Positions 1-10,300 are shown, numbered from the stretch's first letter. The stretch: DNA of 64,000 bases from an uncultured Clostridium sp. (GCA_947565445.1 CANOGC010000001.1:7301-71300), one strand, 5' to 3'. Program-made: numbers and translations. Notes: generated by a model from the sequence alone, not told the origin.

Positions 1-269
1 CAGGGCTAATTAGTGTAACAAAAGTACATGTTACGCCAGATTTAAAATATGCTAAAGTATATGTTAGTATATTAAATTCTAAAAATACAAATGAAACATT
101 AGAAGCATTGAAAAAATCTTCTGGGTTTATTAGAAGTGGGATTGCAAAATCAATAAACTTAAGAATTACACCAGAGCTTGTTTTTGAATTAGATGATTCA
201 ATTGAATATGGGTCTAAGATAGATTCTATACTAAAAGAAATTATGCCAAAAAAAGGCGATAAAGAATAG
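1..269 (+). CDS. rbfA: ribosome-binding factor A, C-terminal part (5' end outside window)
   Basis: Frame 3 is open from the window edge to TAG 267-269. Translation ...VTKVHVTPDLKYAKVYVSIL...ITPELVFELDDSIEYG is RbfA-like. It sits just upstream of truB, as in the infB-rbfA-truB cluster. Confidence 0.75.
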   Translation, partial: GLISVTKVHVTPDLKYAKVYVSILNSKNTNETLEALKKSSGFIRSGIAKSINLRITPELVFELDDSIEYGSKIDSILKEIMPKKGDKE

Positions 270-280
270 GAGAAAATTAA

Positions 281-1234
281 ATGACATTAGATAATATAAA
301 AGAAGAGATAGAAAAAGCAGAGAGCATAGTTATTTTAACTCATGAGAACCCAGATGGAGATGCAATTGGAAGTACTCTTAGTATGTATAATGCATTAGTG
401 CAATTAGGAAAAAAGCCAGAAATGATAGTACCAGAATATCCAGAAATTTTTAGTTTTTTGCCAGAAGCTAGCAAAATGCAAAAAGAAGGAACAAAAGAGA
501 TATATGATTTAGCAATTGCATTAGATTGTAGTGATATTAAGCGCTTAAATGGATTTGCAAAATACTTTGAGAATGCTCGTACAACAATAAATATTGATCA
601 TCATAGTGTAAATGCAATGTTTGCAGATTACAATTTTGTAAATCCAGATGCGCCAGCTTGTTGCCAAATTCTAATTTTAGTATTAGAATACTTAGGAGTT
701 AAAATTGATAAAGAAATAGGAAGCTCACTAGTTGCTGGAATTATTACAGATACAGGAGGTTTTAAATACCAAGGAACATCAAAAGAAACATTTGAGTTTA
801 CAGCTTGGTTATTAAGCATAGGAGTAAATGTTGCAGACATATATAGAAAAGTTTTGGAAAAGCAGACAAAAGGACATTTTGAACTTAGTAAAATTGCAAT
901 GGACCGTTTAGAACTTATAGAAGATGGAAAAATTGCATTTACATATATTACAAAAAAAGATGAAGAATTAGCAGATGCTAAAAACGGAGACCAATCTGGT
1001 TTAGTAGATATAGGAAGAAGTATAGAAGGAGTAGAAGTATCAATTCTTCTTAGTGAAAAAGAAGAAGGATTATATAAAGGCTCACTACGTTCAAATGAAT
1101 ATGTAAATGTATCAGATGTAGGAATGATGTTTAATGGAGGAGGGCATCTTCATGCAGCAGGTTGCCAAGTTCATGCAACATTAGAAGAAGCCAAAGAAAA
1201 AATAATAAATGAAGTAAAAAAACATTTGAAATGA
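281..1234 (+). CDS. nrnA: DHH/DHHA1 phosphoesterase, NrnA-like oligoribonuclease/pAp phosphatase
   Basis: 317-aa ORF with HENPDGDAIGS, NIDHH and C-terminal GGGHLHAAG motifs typical of DHH/DHHA1 proteins. RBS aggag lies upstream. Confidence 0.85.
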   Translation: MTLDNIKEEIEKAESIVILTHENPDGDAIGSTLSMYNALVQLGKKPEMIVPEYPEIFSFLPEASKMQKEGTKEIYDLAIALDCSDIKRLNGFAKYFENARTTINIDHHSVNAMFADYNFVNPDAPACCQILILVLEYLGVKIDKEIGSSLVAGIITDTGGFKYQGTSKETFEFTAWLLSIGVNVADIYRKVLEKQTKGHFELSKIAMDRLELIEDGKIAFTYITKKDEELADAKNGDQSGLVDIGRSIEGVEVSILLSEKEEGLYKGSLRSNEYVNVSDVGMMFNGGGHLHAAGCQVHATLEEAKEKIINEVKKHLK

Positions 1235-1241
1235 GAAAAAT

Positions 1242-2099
1242 ATGGATGGAATTATAATAATAAATAAAGAAAAAGACTACACATCACATGATGTAGTAGC
1301 AATAGTAAAAAAAGTACTAAAAGAAAAAGTAGGGCATACTGGTACATTAGATCCTGAAGCGACAGGGGTGTTACCTCTATTAATAGGAAAAGCAACAAAA
1401 ATTTCAAAATATTTAATAGAGCACGATAAAACATATCGTGCTATTTTAACTTTAGGTATAAAAACTGATACAGCAGATTTTACAGGTAATATTATAGAAA
1501 AGCAAGATATTAAAATGCCAAGAGTTGAGAAAATTAAAGATGTACTTTTTTCTATGTTAGGTGAAAATAAACAAACTCCACCAATGTTTTCTGCAATTAA
1601 AGTAAATGGAAAAAAATTATATGAATATGCAAGGCAAGGAAAGACAGTAGAAGTACCATATAGGTTAATTACAATTTATGAAATTGAATTAGAAGATATT
1701 GATGAGAATAAAAAAGAGATAACATTTAAAGTACATTGTGGGAAAGGTACATATATTCGTACACTTTGTGAACAAATTGCTGAAAAATTAGGAACTATTG
1801 GATGTATGAAAGAGTTAGCAAGGCTTAGAGTAGGGAATTTTAAAATAGAAGATAGTGTAACTATAGATGAGTTAAAACAAGAAGGAGGCATATCTTCTAA
1901 AATAATTACAATAGAGGAGTTTTTTAATAAAAAACAAGAAATTATATTAGATGATAAAAGGTTAGACTTGTTTCTAAATGGAGTAAAGCTAAAATATGTG
2001 CTAGAAGATGATATTTATAGGATATATGATATAAATATGCAGTTTGTTGGAATTGGTGTGGTAAAAAGTGGAAAATTGAAAAGAGATGTTATATTGTGA
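1242..2099 (+). CDS. truB: tRNA pseudouridine(55) synthase
   Basis: 285-aa ORF. GHTGTLDPEATGVLPL catalytic-Asp motif and KVNGKKLYEYARQG are canonical TruB. Confidence 0.92.
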   Translation: MDGIIIINKEKDYTSHDVVAIVKKVLKEKVGHTGTLDPEATGVLPLLIGKATKISKYLIEHDKTYRAILTLGIKTDTADFTGNIIEKQDIKMPRVEKIKDVLFSMLGENKQTPPMFSAIKVNGKKLYEYARQGKTVEVPYRLITIYEIELEDIDENKKEITFKVHCGKGTYIRTLCEQIAEKLGTIGCMKELARLRVGNFKIEDSVTIDELKQEGGISSKIITIEEFFNKKQEIILDDKRLDLFLNGVKLKYVLEDDIYRIYDINMQFVGIGVVKSGKLKRDVIL

Positions 2100-2164
2100 T
2101 GATAAAATATTTAAAGTTGTAAACTGTAGCTGTGAACCTAAAATATATAAAATTGTGCTAATTT

Positions 2165-2358
2165 GTGCCTATAAAGTAAAATATTAAAATTTGAAAAGAA
2201 GCGTCTTGAAAGTAAATTTTGTATACGTATGTTTTAAAAATTTGTGGGAGAATCTCACACCCTTGTGAGAGGGGCCTACAAATTTTTATTACATACTGTG
2301 CAAAATTTATCTTGAACGAGCGGATTTGAAAATTTTAATATTTTACTTTTATAGGTAC
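2165..2358. repeat. about 194-nt long imperfect hairpin element (arms of about 85 nt, central tctcaca-ccct-tgtgaga stem-loop)
   Basis: Left arm gtgcctataaagtaaaatattaaaattt... is near-complementary to right arm ...aaattttaatattttacttttataggtac. It is intergenic between truB and the end of the ger operon. Confidence 0.6.
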
Positions 2359-2554
2359 AATAGAATATCCTACAAGTTAATTCGTAAATTTACTAAAAAT
2401 GTTGGAACAATTAGAGTAATAATGCTTAATACAAAAATTGCGATACTACCTCCGTTTATTTTTTTGTTCTTTCCATTCATAAATTCCATAAAAAAACGTT
2501 TTTAAAAACACAAAAAATGATAAAATAGCAATAACAATTTTCAAAATATATCAC

Positions 2555-3793
2555 CTAACTTTCCATAAAAATATATCCAGATTTTACTTTTGTTTCTACT
2601 TTAACATCAAAAAAAGAATTTTTGAAATTTTCTAACCAGTTATAATTTTCCCATTCATCCATAGTTAAAAAATCTTTTACAATATACTTTCCAAATCCAT
2701 CAATATCACTTTTTAAATCTTTTGAAACTTTGTATAAATAATCATACAATTTGGTAGTTAAATAAAAATTAGCAGATTTTTCTAATAAAGAAACATTTTC
2801 TGAGCTTAAATATTTGGAATTTTCATCCATACTTAAAATGCGTGCATCTAATGTAACATCTGATGTAATATATGGTGTACCATTTACAAGTTCTACTTTA
2901 TTTTTTGTATTATTAACTAAACGAAGTTTAAGGGAGATTGTTTGACCCTCTTCAAAAGGACTTGGTATATTAATAACACAAGTATCTAAGCTGTTACAAA
3001 TTATTTGGTGACAAATGGTTTCTAAACCTGTTAGTTCTCCTACTAATTTATCCTTATAAAAAACCGCAAGTCCAATATTTTCAATATTTGGCTTACCATG
3101 AATTAATGTTTCGTTAGCTTTGTTAGAAGCATCTATTTCAGTTGGAGATTCACCCACATTTGCACTATGAGTATTATCAGAGTTAATTCCTCCTAAAATA
3201 GCAAAACTACTCCTAAATGTATCTGTATAATCAGAAAAAAATTGGCTAAGGGTTACATTTTCTGTTAAACCAGTATATTGACTAGTAGTAGGAGCAATTT
3301 CATAATATCTCGCTGAAAGTTTCTCTAACATTGGCTTAGAGTTATTCAAAAAGTATTCTGCACTACATCTACTAACTAATACATTACAGTCTGGTCGTAC
3401 ATCTATTGTATTCATTAATGTAAATAGCGTTTCTGAAATACCTCTGTTTGCAAAATCCTCAGAAAATACAATGATCTTACAATGTGCAAGGTTTGATTCT
3501 TTACTTAAATAGCTATTTAATATATTTACACCAGAATCAAAAGAAGAACATTCTATTGAAGTTACAATAGAAGAATCGGATTGTGAAGAACTTCCTCCAT
3601 CTGAACTATTACTGGGTACAGAAACTTGAAAACTTAGTTTTAACTTATTGTTTTCGCCAACATCAAATCCTATAGCAACTACATAAGCTAAACGGTCAAT
3701 GTTTTGAGAGTTATAACAACCAGAAAGAGAAAAGAATAGAGTAGTTATAATAAGAAAAAGACATATTAATGTTCTAAGTTTTTTAAGTTTCAC
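2555..3793 (-). CDS. spore germination protein, Ger(x)C family lipoprotein
   Basis: 412-aa ORF with lipoprotein signal (LFFSLSGCY) and Ger(x)C-like sequence. It is last in a gerAA-AB-AC-type operon and overlaps the upstream gene by 11 nt. Confidence 0.85.
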   Translation of the reverse strand: MKLKKLRTLICLFLIITTLFFSLSGCYNSQNIDRLAYVVAIGFDVGENNKLKLSFQVSVPSNSSDGGSSSQSDSSIVTSIECSSFDSGVNILNSYLSKESNLAHCKIIVFSEDFANRGISETLFTLMNTIDVRPDCNVLVSRCSAEYFLNNSKPMLEKLSARYYEIAPTTSQYTGLTENVTLSQFFSDYTDTFRSSFAILGGINSDNTHSANVGESPTEIDASNKANETLIHGKPNIENIGLAVFYKDKLVGELTGLETICHQIICNSLDTCVINIPSPFEEGQTISLKLRLVNNTKNKVELVNGTPYITSDVTLDARILSMDENSKYLSSENVSLLEKSANFYLTTKLYDYLYKVSKDLKSDIDGFGKYIVKDFLTMDEWENYNWLENFKNSFFDVKVETKVKSGYIFMES

Positions 3794-4913
3794 TTGTTAA
3801 AACCCCCTTTTGTACATAAGACTTTTGCTTTTTGTGTTTAAAATACGCAAATAGAAGAATGCAAAAACTAATTATAAATACTAAAATAATTGTTACATAA
3901 CGAAATAGAGTATCTTCTAGCCATCTAATTGCAACCATGTTTTTTGGAATTAATGCAAAAATAAAACATAATGTAGAAAAACAATAAACCATAGGTTTTG
4001 TATCTTGTATTTTTGCTAGTTTGCTAAATATATGGTTAACTAGTAAAACAGTAGTACTTATATAACTCATAAGAACTAAAATCCAACCTAAAATAAATAA
4101 TGCATCAGGCCTTTGCAAAAATCTTCCAAAATCTGTACCACGAATTAGTACATATACAGAAGAAAGGTCATTAACAGTTAAAACATCTGCAAAGGAAAAT
4201 AGAAGTGTGACTATACTTAAAAATAAGTAAAAAGCAGAAATACCTATTGAAATATAGCTAACTTTGTTAAAGCTTTCGGGCTTTTTTAGAAATGGCTTTA
4301 AGAAATATAAATAACTAATTCCTGTAAATGCAAATATATTAGTCATTCCAGTAAAAAAAGTTTGGTTTATACCATATCCAAAAATAGGAAAAATTCTATT
4401 TAATTCGAAACGAGGAAATAAGCAAAAAAATGCAATAAGTAAATTTAATAAAACAATAGGTACAAAAATAAGATTACACCTTATAACACTTCTAAATCCA
4501 AATCTGTTTGCAGCGGCACAAGCTATAATAAAAAATAGAACAATTAAGCAAATAGAGGCTTTTTCTAAGTATACTAGTTTTAACATTTCAGTAAAGTTAC
4601 GAAGTAGAGTACCAGAAATCATTAAAAAATATATAATAAAAATAGAACCTATTATTGTTTTAAAAACTTTTCCACCTAAAAATTCACTAATGTCTAAAAT
4701 GTCGCTATTACCAAATGGTTTCCATAGTTTTAGCATAATAAACAAAAATAAGAAAACAAAGGCAATAACAAGTATTAGATTAAGAGGGGTAGATGGACCA
4801 CATTCATCTAGTAAGTTTTGTGGTAAGTTTAATACAATTTGATTTAAAATTATAACAACAATAAATGCAATTGCTTCAAAAGTTCCTATTTTTGTAGAAT
4901 TCATAAAATTCAA
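3783..4913 (-). CDS. spore germination protein, GerAB-type (amino acid permease-like) membrane subunit
   Basis: 376-aa polytopic membrane ORF (about 10 hydrophobic segments) between the A and C subunits. Confidence 0.85.
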   Translation of the reverse strand: MNFMNSTKIGTFEAIAFIVVIILNQIVLNLPQNLLDECGPSTPLNLILVIAFVFLFLFIMLKLWKPFGNSDILDISEFLGGKVFKTIIGSIFIIYFLMISGTLLRNFTEMLKLVYLEKASICLIVLFFIIACAAANRFGFRSVIRCNLIFVPIVLLNLLIAFFCLFPRFELNRIFPIFGYGINQTFFTGMTNIFAFTGISYLYFLKPFLKKPESFNKVSYISIGISAFYLFLSIVTLLFSFADVLTVNDLSSVYVLIRGTDFGRFLQRPDALFILGWILVLMSYISTTVLLVNHIFSKLAKIQDTKPMVYCFSTLCFIFALIPKNMVAIRWLEDTLFRYVTIILVFIISFCILLFAYFKHKKQKSYVQKGVLTSET

Positions 4914-4938
4914 ATCCTTTCTAATTTTAGGTGCTATT

Positions 4939-5086
4939 CATAGGTAATAATATATAAATACCTACGAACCGTCGCCATTCCCCAATGAAACTGTACAAAA
5001 TGTGTAAACACATTTTGACGGTTTCTATTGGTCCCCACTTATGGCTCCGAGATTCTTCGTAGTTATTTATATAATTATTACCTATG
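4939..5086. repeat. about 148-nt long imperfect hairpin element with about 30-bp terminal inverted repeats
   Basis: cataggtaataatatataaatacctacgaa (4939-4968) is the near-perfect reverse complement of ttcgtagttatttatataattattacctatg (5056-5086). Inner helices include aaaatgtgt/acacatttt. It lies between the A and B subunit genes. Confidence 0.6.
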
Positions 5087-5119
5087 AAGGCTAAATTTTC
5101 TTTGTGTGTATTTAGTAAG

Positions 5120-6835
5120 CTATTTGTTAGGAAATTTCCATTTCATGCTAATATCAGGTTGTTTTTTAGGTCTTTTTGTATTTAAGAAATCAGCACGATG
5201 TTCTCTTTTCCAAGCAGGAGACAATAATAGTCCATTGTAATCTTTTGTTACAGGTACATAAGGTTGTAAATAAGGATAGCCAAATGAATTTAAACTTGCA
5301 AGTAATAGTAAATGGAAGAATAAACAAGTAGCAATTCCTAAAAATCCTAATAGATATCCAAATATAATATAGATAAATCTTGCAAGCCTAAAATGAAAGC
5401 TAAAAGAATAATCAGGAATAGCAAAAGATGCAATAGCAGTAATAGCAACTACAATAATTAAGATAGGGCTTACAATATTTGCATCAACAGCTGCTTGTCC
5501 TAATATTAATGCTCCTACAATTCCAATAGTTGGACCAAGAGGAGAGGGAACACGAATACCTGCTTCACGAATGAGCTCAAAAGAAAACTCCATAACTAAA
5601 ATTTCAAAAATAATAGGAAGAGGGATGTTTTCTCTAGATGCTACAATAGCAAATAATAATTCAGTAGGCAAAAGTTCTTGATGAAAATTCGTAATTGCTA
5701 CATAAAATCCAGGTAATAGTAATGTTAAAATAATTGCAAAAATTCTAACTAATTTTAGTAAATTAGAAAACTTATATTTTAAGTTTAAGTCTTCAGGTGA
5801 TGATATAAAATCAATAAAAGTACCTGGTGCAATAAGAGCATATGGGCTACCATTTACTAGTATAACTACTCTACCAGATAATAGGAAATTAGTAGCATTA
5901 TCTGGACGTTCTGTTGAAATCATTTGAGGAACACTAAACTTTCCATTATCAGATATAAGTTGTTCTAGCTGACCAGAAGAAATAATGCTATCAACTGAGA
6001 TATTGTTAATACGATATTTTACTTCTGCTATTAAATCATTATTTGCAACATTTTTCATATAGCAAATTGCACATTTTGTTTTTGTTAAATTTCCAACTTC
6101 TAAATTTTCTATAATTAATTTTTCATTATTACAAAAACGCCTTAAAAGAGAAGTATTTGTACGAATATTTTCAGTAAAACCTTCTTGTGAACCACGAATA
6201 ACGATTTCATTTTCTGGCTTCCCAACACTTCTTTGCTTAAACCCTTTTGCATCAATATCAAAAGCGATATTTAAAGTATCAACAAAAAGAAGGCAATTTC
6301 CAGAATTGACAGAGGAAGCTACATCATCAAAAGTATTTACTTGTTTTACACTATTTTGTGGAATTAAGTGGTTTAAAATATATGAAGCTAGATCGAATTT
6401 TTTTACTTTTCTTACAGTAATATGATTTGTTACAACTTCCTTTGAAACATCAGCTTCAGGATTTGTATAAGTATTTGCTTGATTTCGTAACATAAGAGGG
6501 TCTAATACAAAATGATTTACAATTTTTGTATCGACCATACCATCAATGTATAAAATAAAAGCTTTATATTCTTTGCTTTTTGCAATTAAACTAAATTCTC
6601 TTATAATAATATCACTATTAATCATAGCATTATATCGTGTAGTAATTGTTTCTAAGTTAGTACCAATTTTAGGAAATATATTTTTAGGAGATTCATAATT
6701 GTTATTGTTTTCATTGTGAGTAGCATTTTCATTGTTATTTGCTTCAGGTACAGTAAAATTATATTCTTTATGTGGTGTATACCAAAATAAATCTTTAAAA
6801 TATGCCATTACAGAACCATTTTTATTTTGTTTCAC
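5120..6835 (-). CDS. spore germination protein, GerAA/KA family
   Basis: 571-aa ORF with a soluble N-terminal domain and a C-terminal block of about 5 TM segments (..IFEILVMEFSFELIREAGIRVPSPLGPTIGIVGALILGQAAV..), typical of GerA-family A subunits. Confidence 0.85.
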   Translation of the reverse strand: MKQNKNGSVMAYFKDLFWYTPHKEYNFTVPEANNNENATHNENNNNYESPKNIFPKIGTNLETITTRYNAMINSDIIIREFSLIAKSKEYKAFILYIDGMVDTKIVNHFVLDPLMLRNQANTYTNPEADVSKEVVTNHITVRKVKKFDLASYILNHLIPQNSVKQVNTFDDVASSVNSGNCLLFVDTLNIAFDIDAKGFKQRSVGKPENEIVIRGSQEGFTENIRTNTSLLRRFCNNEKLIIENLEVGNLTKTKCAICYMKNVANNDLIAEVKYRINNISVDSIISSGQLEQLISDNGKFSVPQMISTERPDNATNFLLSGRVVILVNGSPYALIAPGTFIDFISSPEDLNLKYKFSNLLKLVRIFAIILTLLLPGFYVAITNFHQELLPTELLFAIVASRENIPLPIIFEILVMEFSFELIREAGIRVPSPLGPTIGIVGALILGQAAVDANIVSPILIIVVAITAIASFAIPDYSFSFHFRLARFIYIIFGYLLGFLGIATCLFFHLLLLASLNSFGYPYLQPYVPVTKDYNGLLLSPAWKREHRADFLNTKRPKKQPDISMKWKFPNK

Positions 6836-7038
6836 TTTTTTACTCCAATCTAAATGTATTTGTCATATTTTTAGCAAAAAGGGAAAAATTATGCATGATA
6901 AATAAAATATGAAAAATATTGATAATAAAACAAATATGTATTACTATATAAAAGTAAAAATTATATTTTAAAATGAAAAAGTATAAAAATTAACAAAATT
7001 TATATAGAATAGTATAGTAAAAATCAGAGAGGTAATAA

Positions 7039-7842
7039 ATGAACAAAGAAGAAATAATTAAAAATTATAAAAATGATGATGATAGATTATTAGTTTCAAA
7101 AATGTTAGACCAAATTATATTATGTAATAAACAAAATAAAATACGAAACACCGATTTTTTAGATGAAAGGCAAAGAGATATGCTACAAAAGGTACTAAAT
7201 AGAATGAAATTAGAAAACTATACAGTTTTTGGAGGTTTTAAAGAAGCTCAGAGGAATACATATATATTTTATCCAGAAAGATGGAATAAAGAAATTGTAA
7301 AGCAAAATTATGATGAAGTGATGAAGATAATAGAAGTTATATTACCTAATGAGTTACATGGAAAGTATACACATAAAGACTATTTAGGTGGGCTTATGAA
7401 ATTGGGGTTAAAAAGAGAGAAAATAGGAGATATTATAGTATGGAATGAAGGAGCCCACATTATAGTATTAAATGAAATAATACCATTTTTAGAGCATAAT
7501 TTAGCAACATTAACAAGATTTCAGAAAGCGGAAATTACAATAAAAGATGTGAAGGATATACACCAATGTGATATACAAAAACAAGAGATAGAAATTATGG
7601 TATCATCAATGAGGTTAGACAATATCATTTCAGAACTTATAAAAACATCAAGATCAAAATCAGAAGAAATAATAAGGGAGCAAAGGGTATTTGTAAACTA
7701 TGAAGTGGTAGAAAAGGTATCTAAAAGTATTAAGATAGGAGATAAAATTACAATTCGAGGAAAAGGAAAATTTGAAATAAAAAATCAGGTTGGTAATACT
7801 AAAAAAGGAAGAATAATTATAAAAGCTGAAAAATATATGTAA
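7039..7842 (+). CDS. YlmH-like RNA-binding protein with C-terminal S4 domain
   Basis: 267-aa ORF. The C-terminal MRLDNIISELIKTSRSKSEEIIREQRVFVNYEVV is an S4 motif, and the overall layout resembles YlmH. Confidence 0.65.
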   Translation: MNKEEIIKNYKNDDDRLLVSKMLDQIILCNKQNKIRNTDFLDERQRDMLQKVLNRMKLENYTVFGGFKEAQRNTYIFYPERWNKEIVKQNYDEVMKIIEVILPNELHGKYTHKDYLGGLMKLGLKREKIGDIIVWNEGAHIIVLNEIIPFLEHNLATLTRFQKAEITIKDVKDIHQCDIQKQEIEIMVSSMRLDNIISELIKTSRSKSEEIIREQRVFVNYEVVEKVSKSIKIGDKITIRGKGKFEIKNQVGNTKKGRIIIKAEKYM

Positions 7843-7929
7843 ATTAAACGATTTTTTTACGAAAACATCTTGACAAAGCATAAAAAATAGTGTAAAGTAT
7901 ATTAGCATTACAAAAGAGAGGTAATATAA

Positions 7930-8277
7930 ATGGAGAAAAATGTTAAAGTCAGTATGCTTTGCCAAATTTACGGAAGTTTATTAACTGAAAAACAATTCAA
8001 CGTATTAAATGATTACTATAATAATGACTATTCTCTATCAGAAATTGCAGAAAATTATAGTATTACAAGGCAAGCAGTAAGAGATAATATAATGAAGGGG
8101 GAAGCAAAACTTTTCGAATACGAAGAAAAGCTAGAAATTATGAAACAATCATTAAAAAGGGAACAACAAATCGAAAAAATACTTTCTGAATTAACTAAAA
8201 TAGATACAAAATTCTCTGATAAAAAAATTGCTAGTATTTTGGAAAATGTAAAAAAAGAATTAAACTTTTTAGTATAA
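7930..8277 (+). CDS. ylxM: YlxM/p13-like putative DNA-binding protein (upstream partner of ffh)
   Basis: 115-aa ORF. LTEKQ..VL..YYNNDYSLSEIAENYSITRQAVRDNIMKGE is a sigma-70 region 4-like HTH. It has the conserved position directly upstream of ffh. Confidence 0.8.
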   Translation: MEKNVKVSMLCQIYGSLLTEKQFNVLNDYYNNDYSLSEIAENYSITRQAVRDNIMKGEAKLFEYEEKLEIMKQSLKREQQIEKILSELTKIDTKFSDKKIASILENVKKELNFLV

Positions 8278-8311
8278 AAAATTTTAACAATAGTTTAAAG
8301 AGGAGGAAGAT

Positions 8312-9661
8312 ATGGCTTTTGAAGGATTATCTTCAAGATTACAAGAAATCACAAGAAAATTTAAAGGTAAAGCAAGAGTTACAGAAAGTGACTTAAAAGA
8401 TATGTTAAGAGAAGTAAAACTTGCATTATTAGAAGCAGATGTTAATTACAAAATTGTAAAAGATTTTATTACGGAAATTAATGAAAAAGCATTAGGTCAA
8501 GATGTACTAAAATCACTAACTCCAGGGCAACAAGTTGTTAAAATTGTAAAAGATGAATTAGTAGAACTTTTAGGTGGAACTGAAAGCAAGATTAACTTTA
8601 ATCCAAATCCACCAACAGTTATTATGTTAGTAGGTCTTCAAGGTTCAGGGAAAACAACAACAGCAGGAAAACTTGCAAATCTATTAAGAAAGCAAGGAAA
8701 AAATCCATTATTAGTTGCATGTGATGTATATAGACCAGCAGCTATTAAACAATTGCAAGTAGTAGGAAAACAATTAAACATACCAGTTTTTTCAAACGAA
8801 GAATCTAAAGATGTTGTACATATTGCAAAACAAGCAATGAATATGGCAATATCAAAGCTAAATGATGTAGTAATTATAGATACAGCAGGTAGATTACATA
8901 TAGATGAAGAACTTATGCAAGAATTAAAAAACTTAAAAACAAATCTAAAACCATATGAAATCTTACTAGTAGTAGATGCAATGACAGGTCAAGATGCAGT
9001 AAATGTAGCAACATCATTTAATGAAGAAATTGGAATTGATGGTGTTATTCTAACAAAATTAGATGGTGATACTCGTGGTGGTGCTGCATTATCTGTAAAA
9101 AAGGTTACAGGAAGACCAATTAAATTTGCAGCAACAGGTGAAAAATTAAGTGATATAGAAGTGTTTCACCCAGAAAGAATGGCAGGAAGAATTTTAGGAA
9201 TGGGAGATGTTCTTTCTATTATTGAAAAAGCAGAAGAAGCATTTGATGAAGAAGAAGCACTAAAACTAGAACAAAAGCTACGTAAACAAGAATTTGATTT
9301 AGATGATTACCTAACACAACTAAGGCAGATGAAAAAAATGGGTTCATTTTCGGCTATATTAAAAATGATACCAGGAATGAATGCTTTAAAAGATGTTAAA
9401 ATAGATGATAAAGAATTCGTTAGAATTGAAGCAATGATTTGCTCTATGACCAAAAAAGAAAAGAGAAATCCTAAAATTTTAAATGGTTCTAGGAGAAAAA
9501 GGATTGCAGATGGAGCAGGTGTTACAGTACAACAAGTAAATAAATTTATGAATTCATTTGAAATGACACAGAAAATGATGAAAAAAATGAAAAATGATAA
9601 AGGTATGAAAAACATGTTAAAAGGAATTAATCCAGAGGATTTAAAAAATTTTAAAATGTGA
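8312..9661 (+). CDS. ffh: signal recognition particle protein Ffh
   Basis: 449-aa ORF with GLQGSGKTTTAGKLA, DTAGRL and TKLDGDTRGGAALS GTPase motifs plus a Met-rich C-terminal M domain. Confidence 0.96.
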   Translation: MAFEGLSSRLQEITRKFKGKARVTESDLKDMLREVKLALLEADVNYKIVKDFITEINEKALGQDVLKSLTPGQQVVKIVKDELVELLGGTESKINFNPNPPTVIMLVGLQGSGKTTTAGKLANLLRKQGKNPLLVACDVYRPAAIKQLQVVGKQLNIPVFSNEESKDVVHIAKQAMNMAISKLNDVVIIDTAGRLHIDEELMQELKNLKTNLKPYEILLVVDAMTGQDAVNVATSFNEEIGIDGVILTKLDGDTRGGAALSVKKVTGRPIKFAATGEKLSDIEVFHPERMAGRILGMGDVLSIIEKAEEAFDEEEALKLEQKLRKQEFDLDDYLTQLRQMKKMGSFSAILKMIPGMNALKDVKIDDKEFVRIEAMICSMTKKEKRNPKILNGSRRKRIADGAGVTVQQVNKFMNSFEMTQKMMKKMKNDKGMKNMLKGINPEDLKNFKM

Positions 9662-9811
9662 AAAGTGTTATTAAATTTTTAAATTTATATAGATTATAGC
9701 TAAAGCAGAAGGAGTTTTTATAAAGAAATACAAAAATGCTAGGCATTTTTGCATAAGTTATCTGTAAAGCTCATACTTCGCTAACAGCTAACTTATCAGG
9801 AGGTGAATAAA

Positions 9812-10045
9812 ATGGTAAAAATTAGATTACAAAGAGTTGGTGCTAAAAAAGCTCCATTCTATCACATTGTTGTAGCAGATTCTAGAAGAGCAAGAGATGG
9901 AAAAATAATTGAACAAATAGGAACATATAACCCAATGACAGAACCATCTACAATTGTACTAGATAAAGAAAAAGTAGCAACATGGATACAAAATGGTGCG
10001 AAACCAACAGACACAGTTAAAGCTTTAATAGAAAAAGCAAACTAG
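9812..10045 (+). CDS. rpsP: 30S ribosomal protein S16
   Basis: [30 protein letters not shown]... is canonical S16. The ATG at 9812 sits 8 nt after aggagg. Confidence 0.95.
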   Translation: MVKIRLQRVGAKKAPFYHIVVADSRRARDGKIIEQIGTYNPMTEPSTIVLDKEKVATWIQNGAKPTDTVKALIEKAN

Positions 10046-10058
10046 GAGGAGCAGATTT

Positions 10059-10292
10059 ATGAAAGAAATGCTTGAAATTATAATTAAAAATTTAGTTGCA
10101 AACCCTGAACAAGTTACAATTACTGAAGAACAAAAACAAAACACTATCAATTTTAGTGTAAAAGTAGCAAATGAAGATATGGGAAAAGTAATTGGAAAAC
10201 AAGGAAGAATTGCAAAAGCTATTCGTACTGTTTCAAAGGCAATTGCTACAAAGGAAAATAAAAAAGTAAATATTGAATTTGTAGAAGAGTAG
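10059..10292 (+). CDS. KH domain RNA-binding protein (YlqC family)
   Basis: 77-aa ORF with GKVIGKQGRIAKAIRTV (GXXG KH motif). It has the conserved position between rpsP and rimM. Confidence 0.85.
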   Translation: MKEMLEIIIKNLVANPEQVTITEEQKQNTINFSVKVANEDMGKVIGKQGRIAKAIRTVSKAIATKENKKVNIEFVEE

Positions 10293-10300
10293 GAAAAAGT

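Noticed and set aside
2369-2489. Roughly 40-aa minus-strand hydrophobic ORF (MEFMNGKNKKINGGSIAIFVLSIITLIVPTFLVNLRINL) downstream of the ger operon.
   Set aside because: It has no Shine-Dalgarno, lies below the ORF-track threshold, and has no recognisable family. It might be a small ger-associated membrane peptide, but support is insufficient.
9662-9811. Hairpins upstream of rpsP (caaaaatgc-tag-gcatttttg at 9731-9751; ataagtta...taacttat at about 9753-9797) as a riboswitch or ribosomal leader.
   Set aside because: The first is adequately explained as the ffh terminator. I cannot match the second to a known leader, and I have no comparative data.
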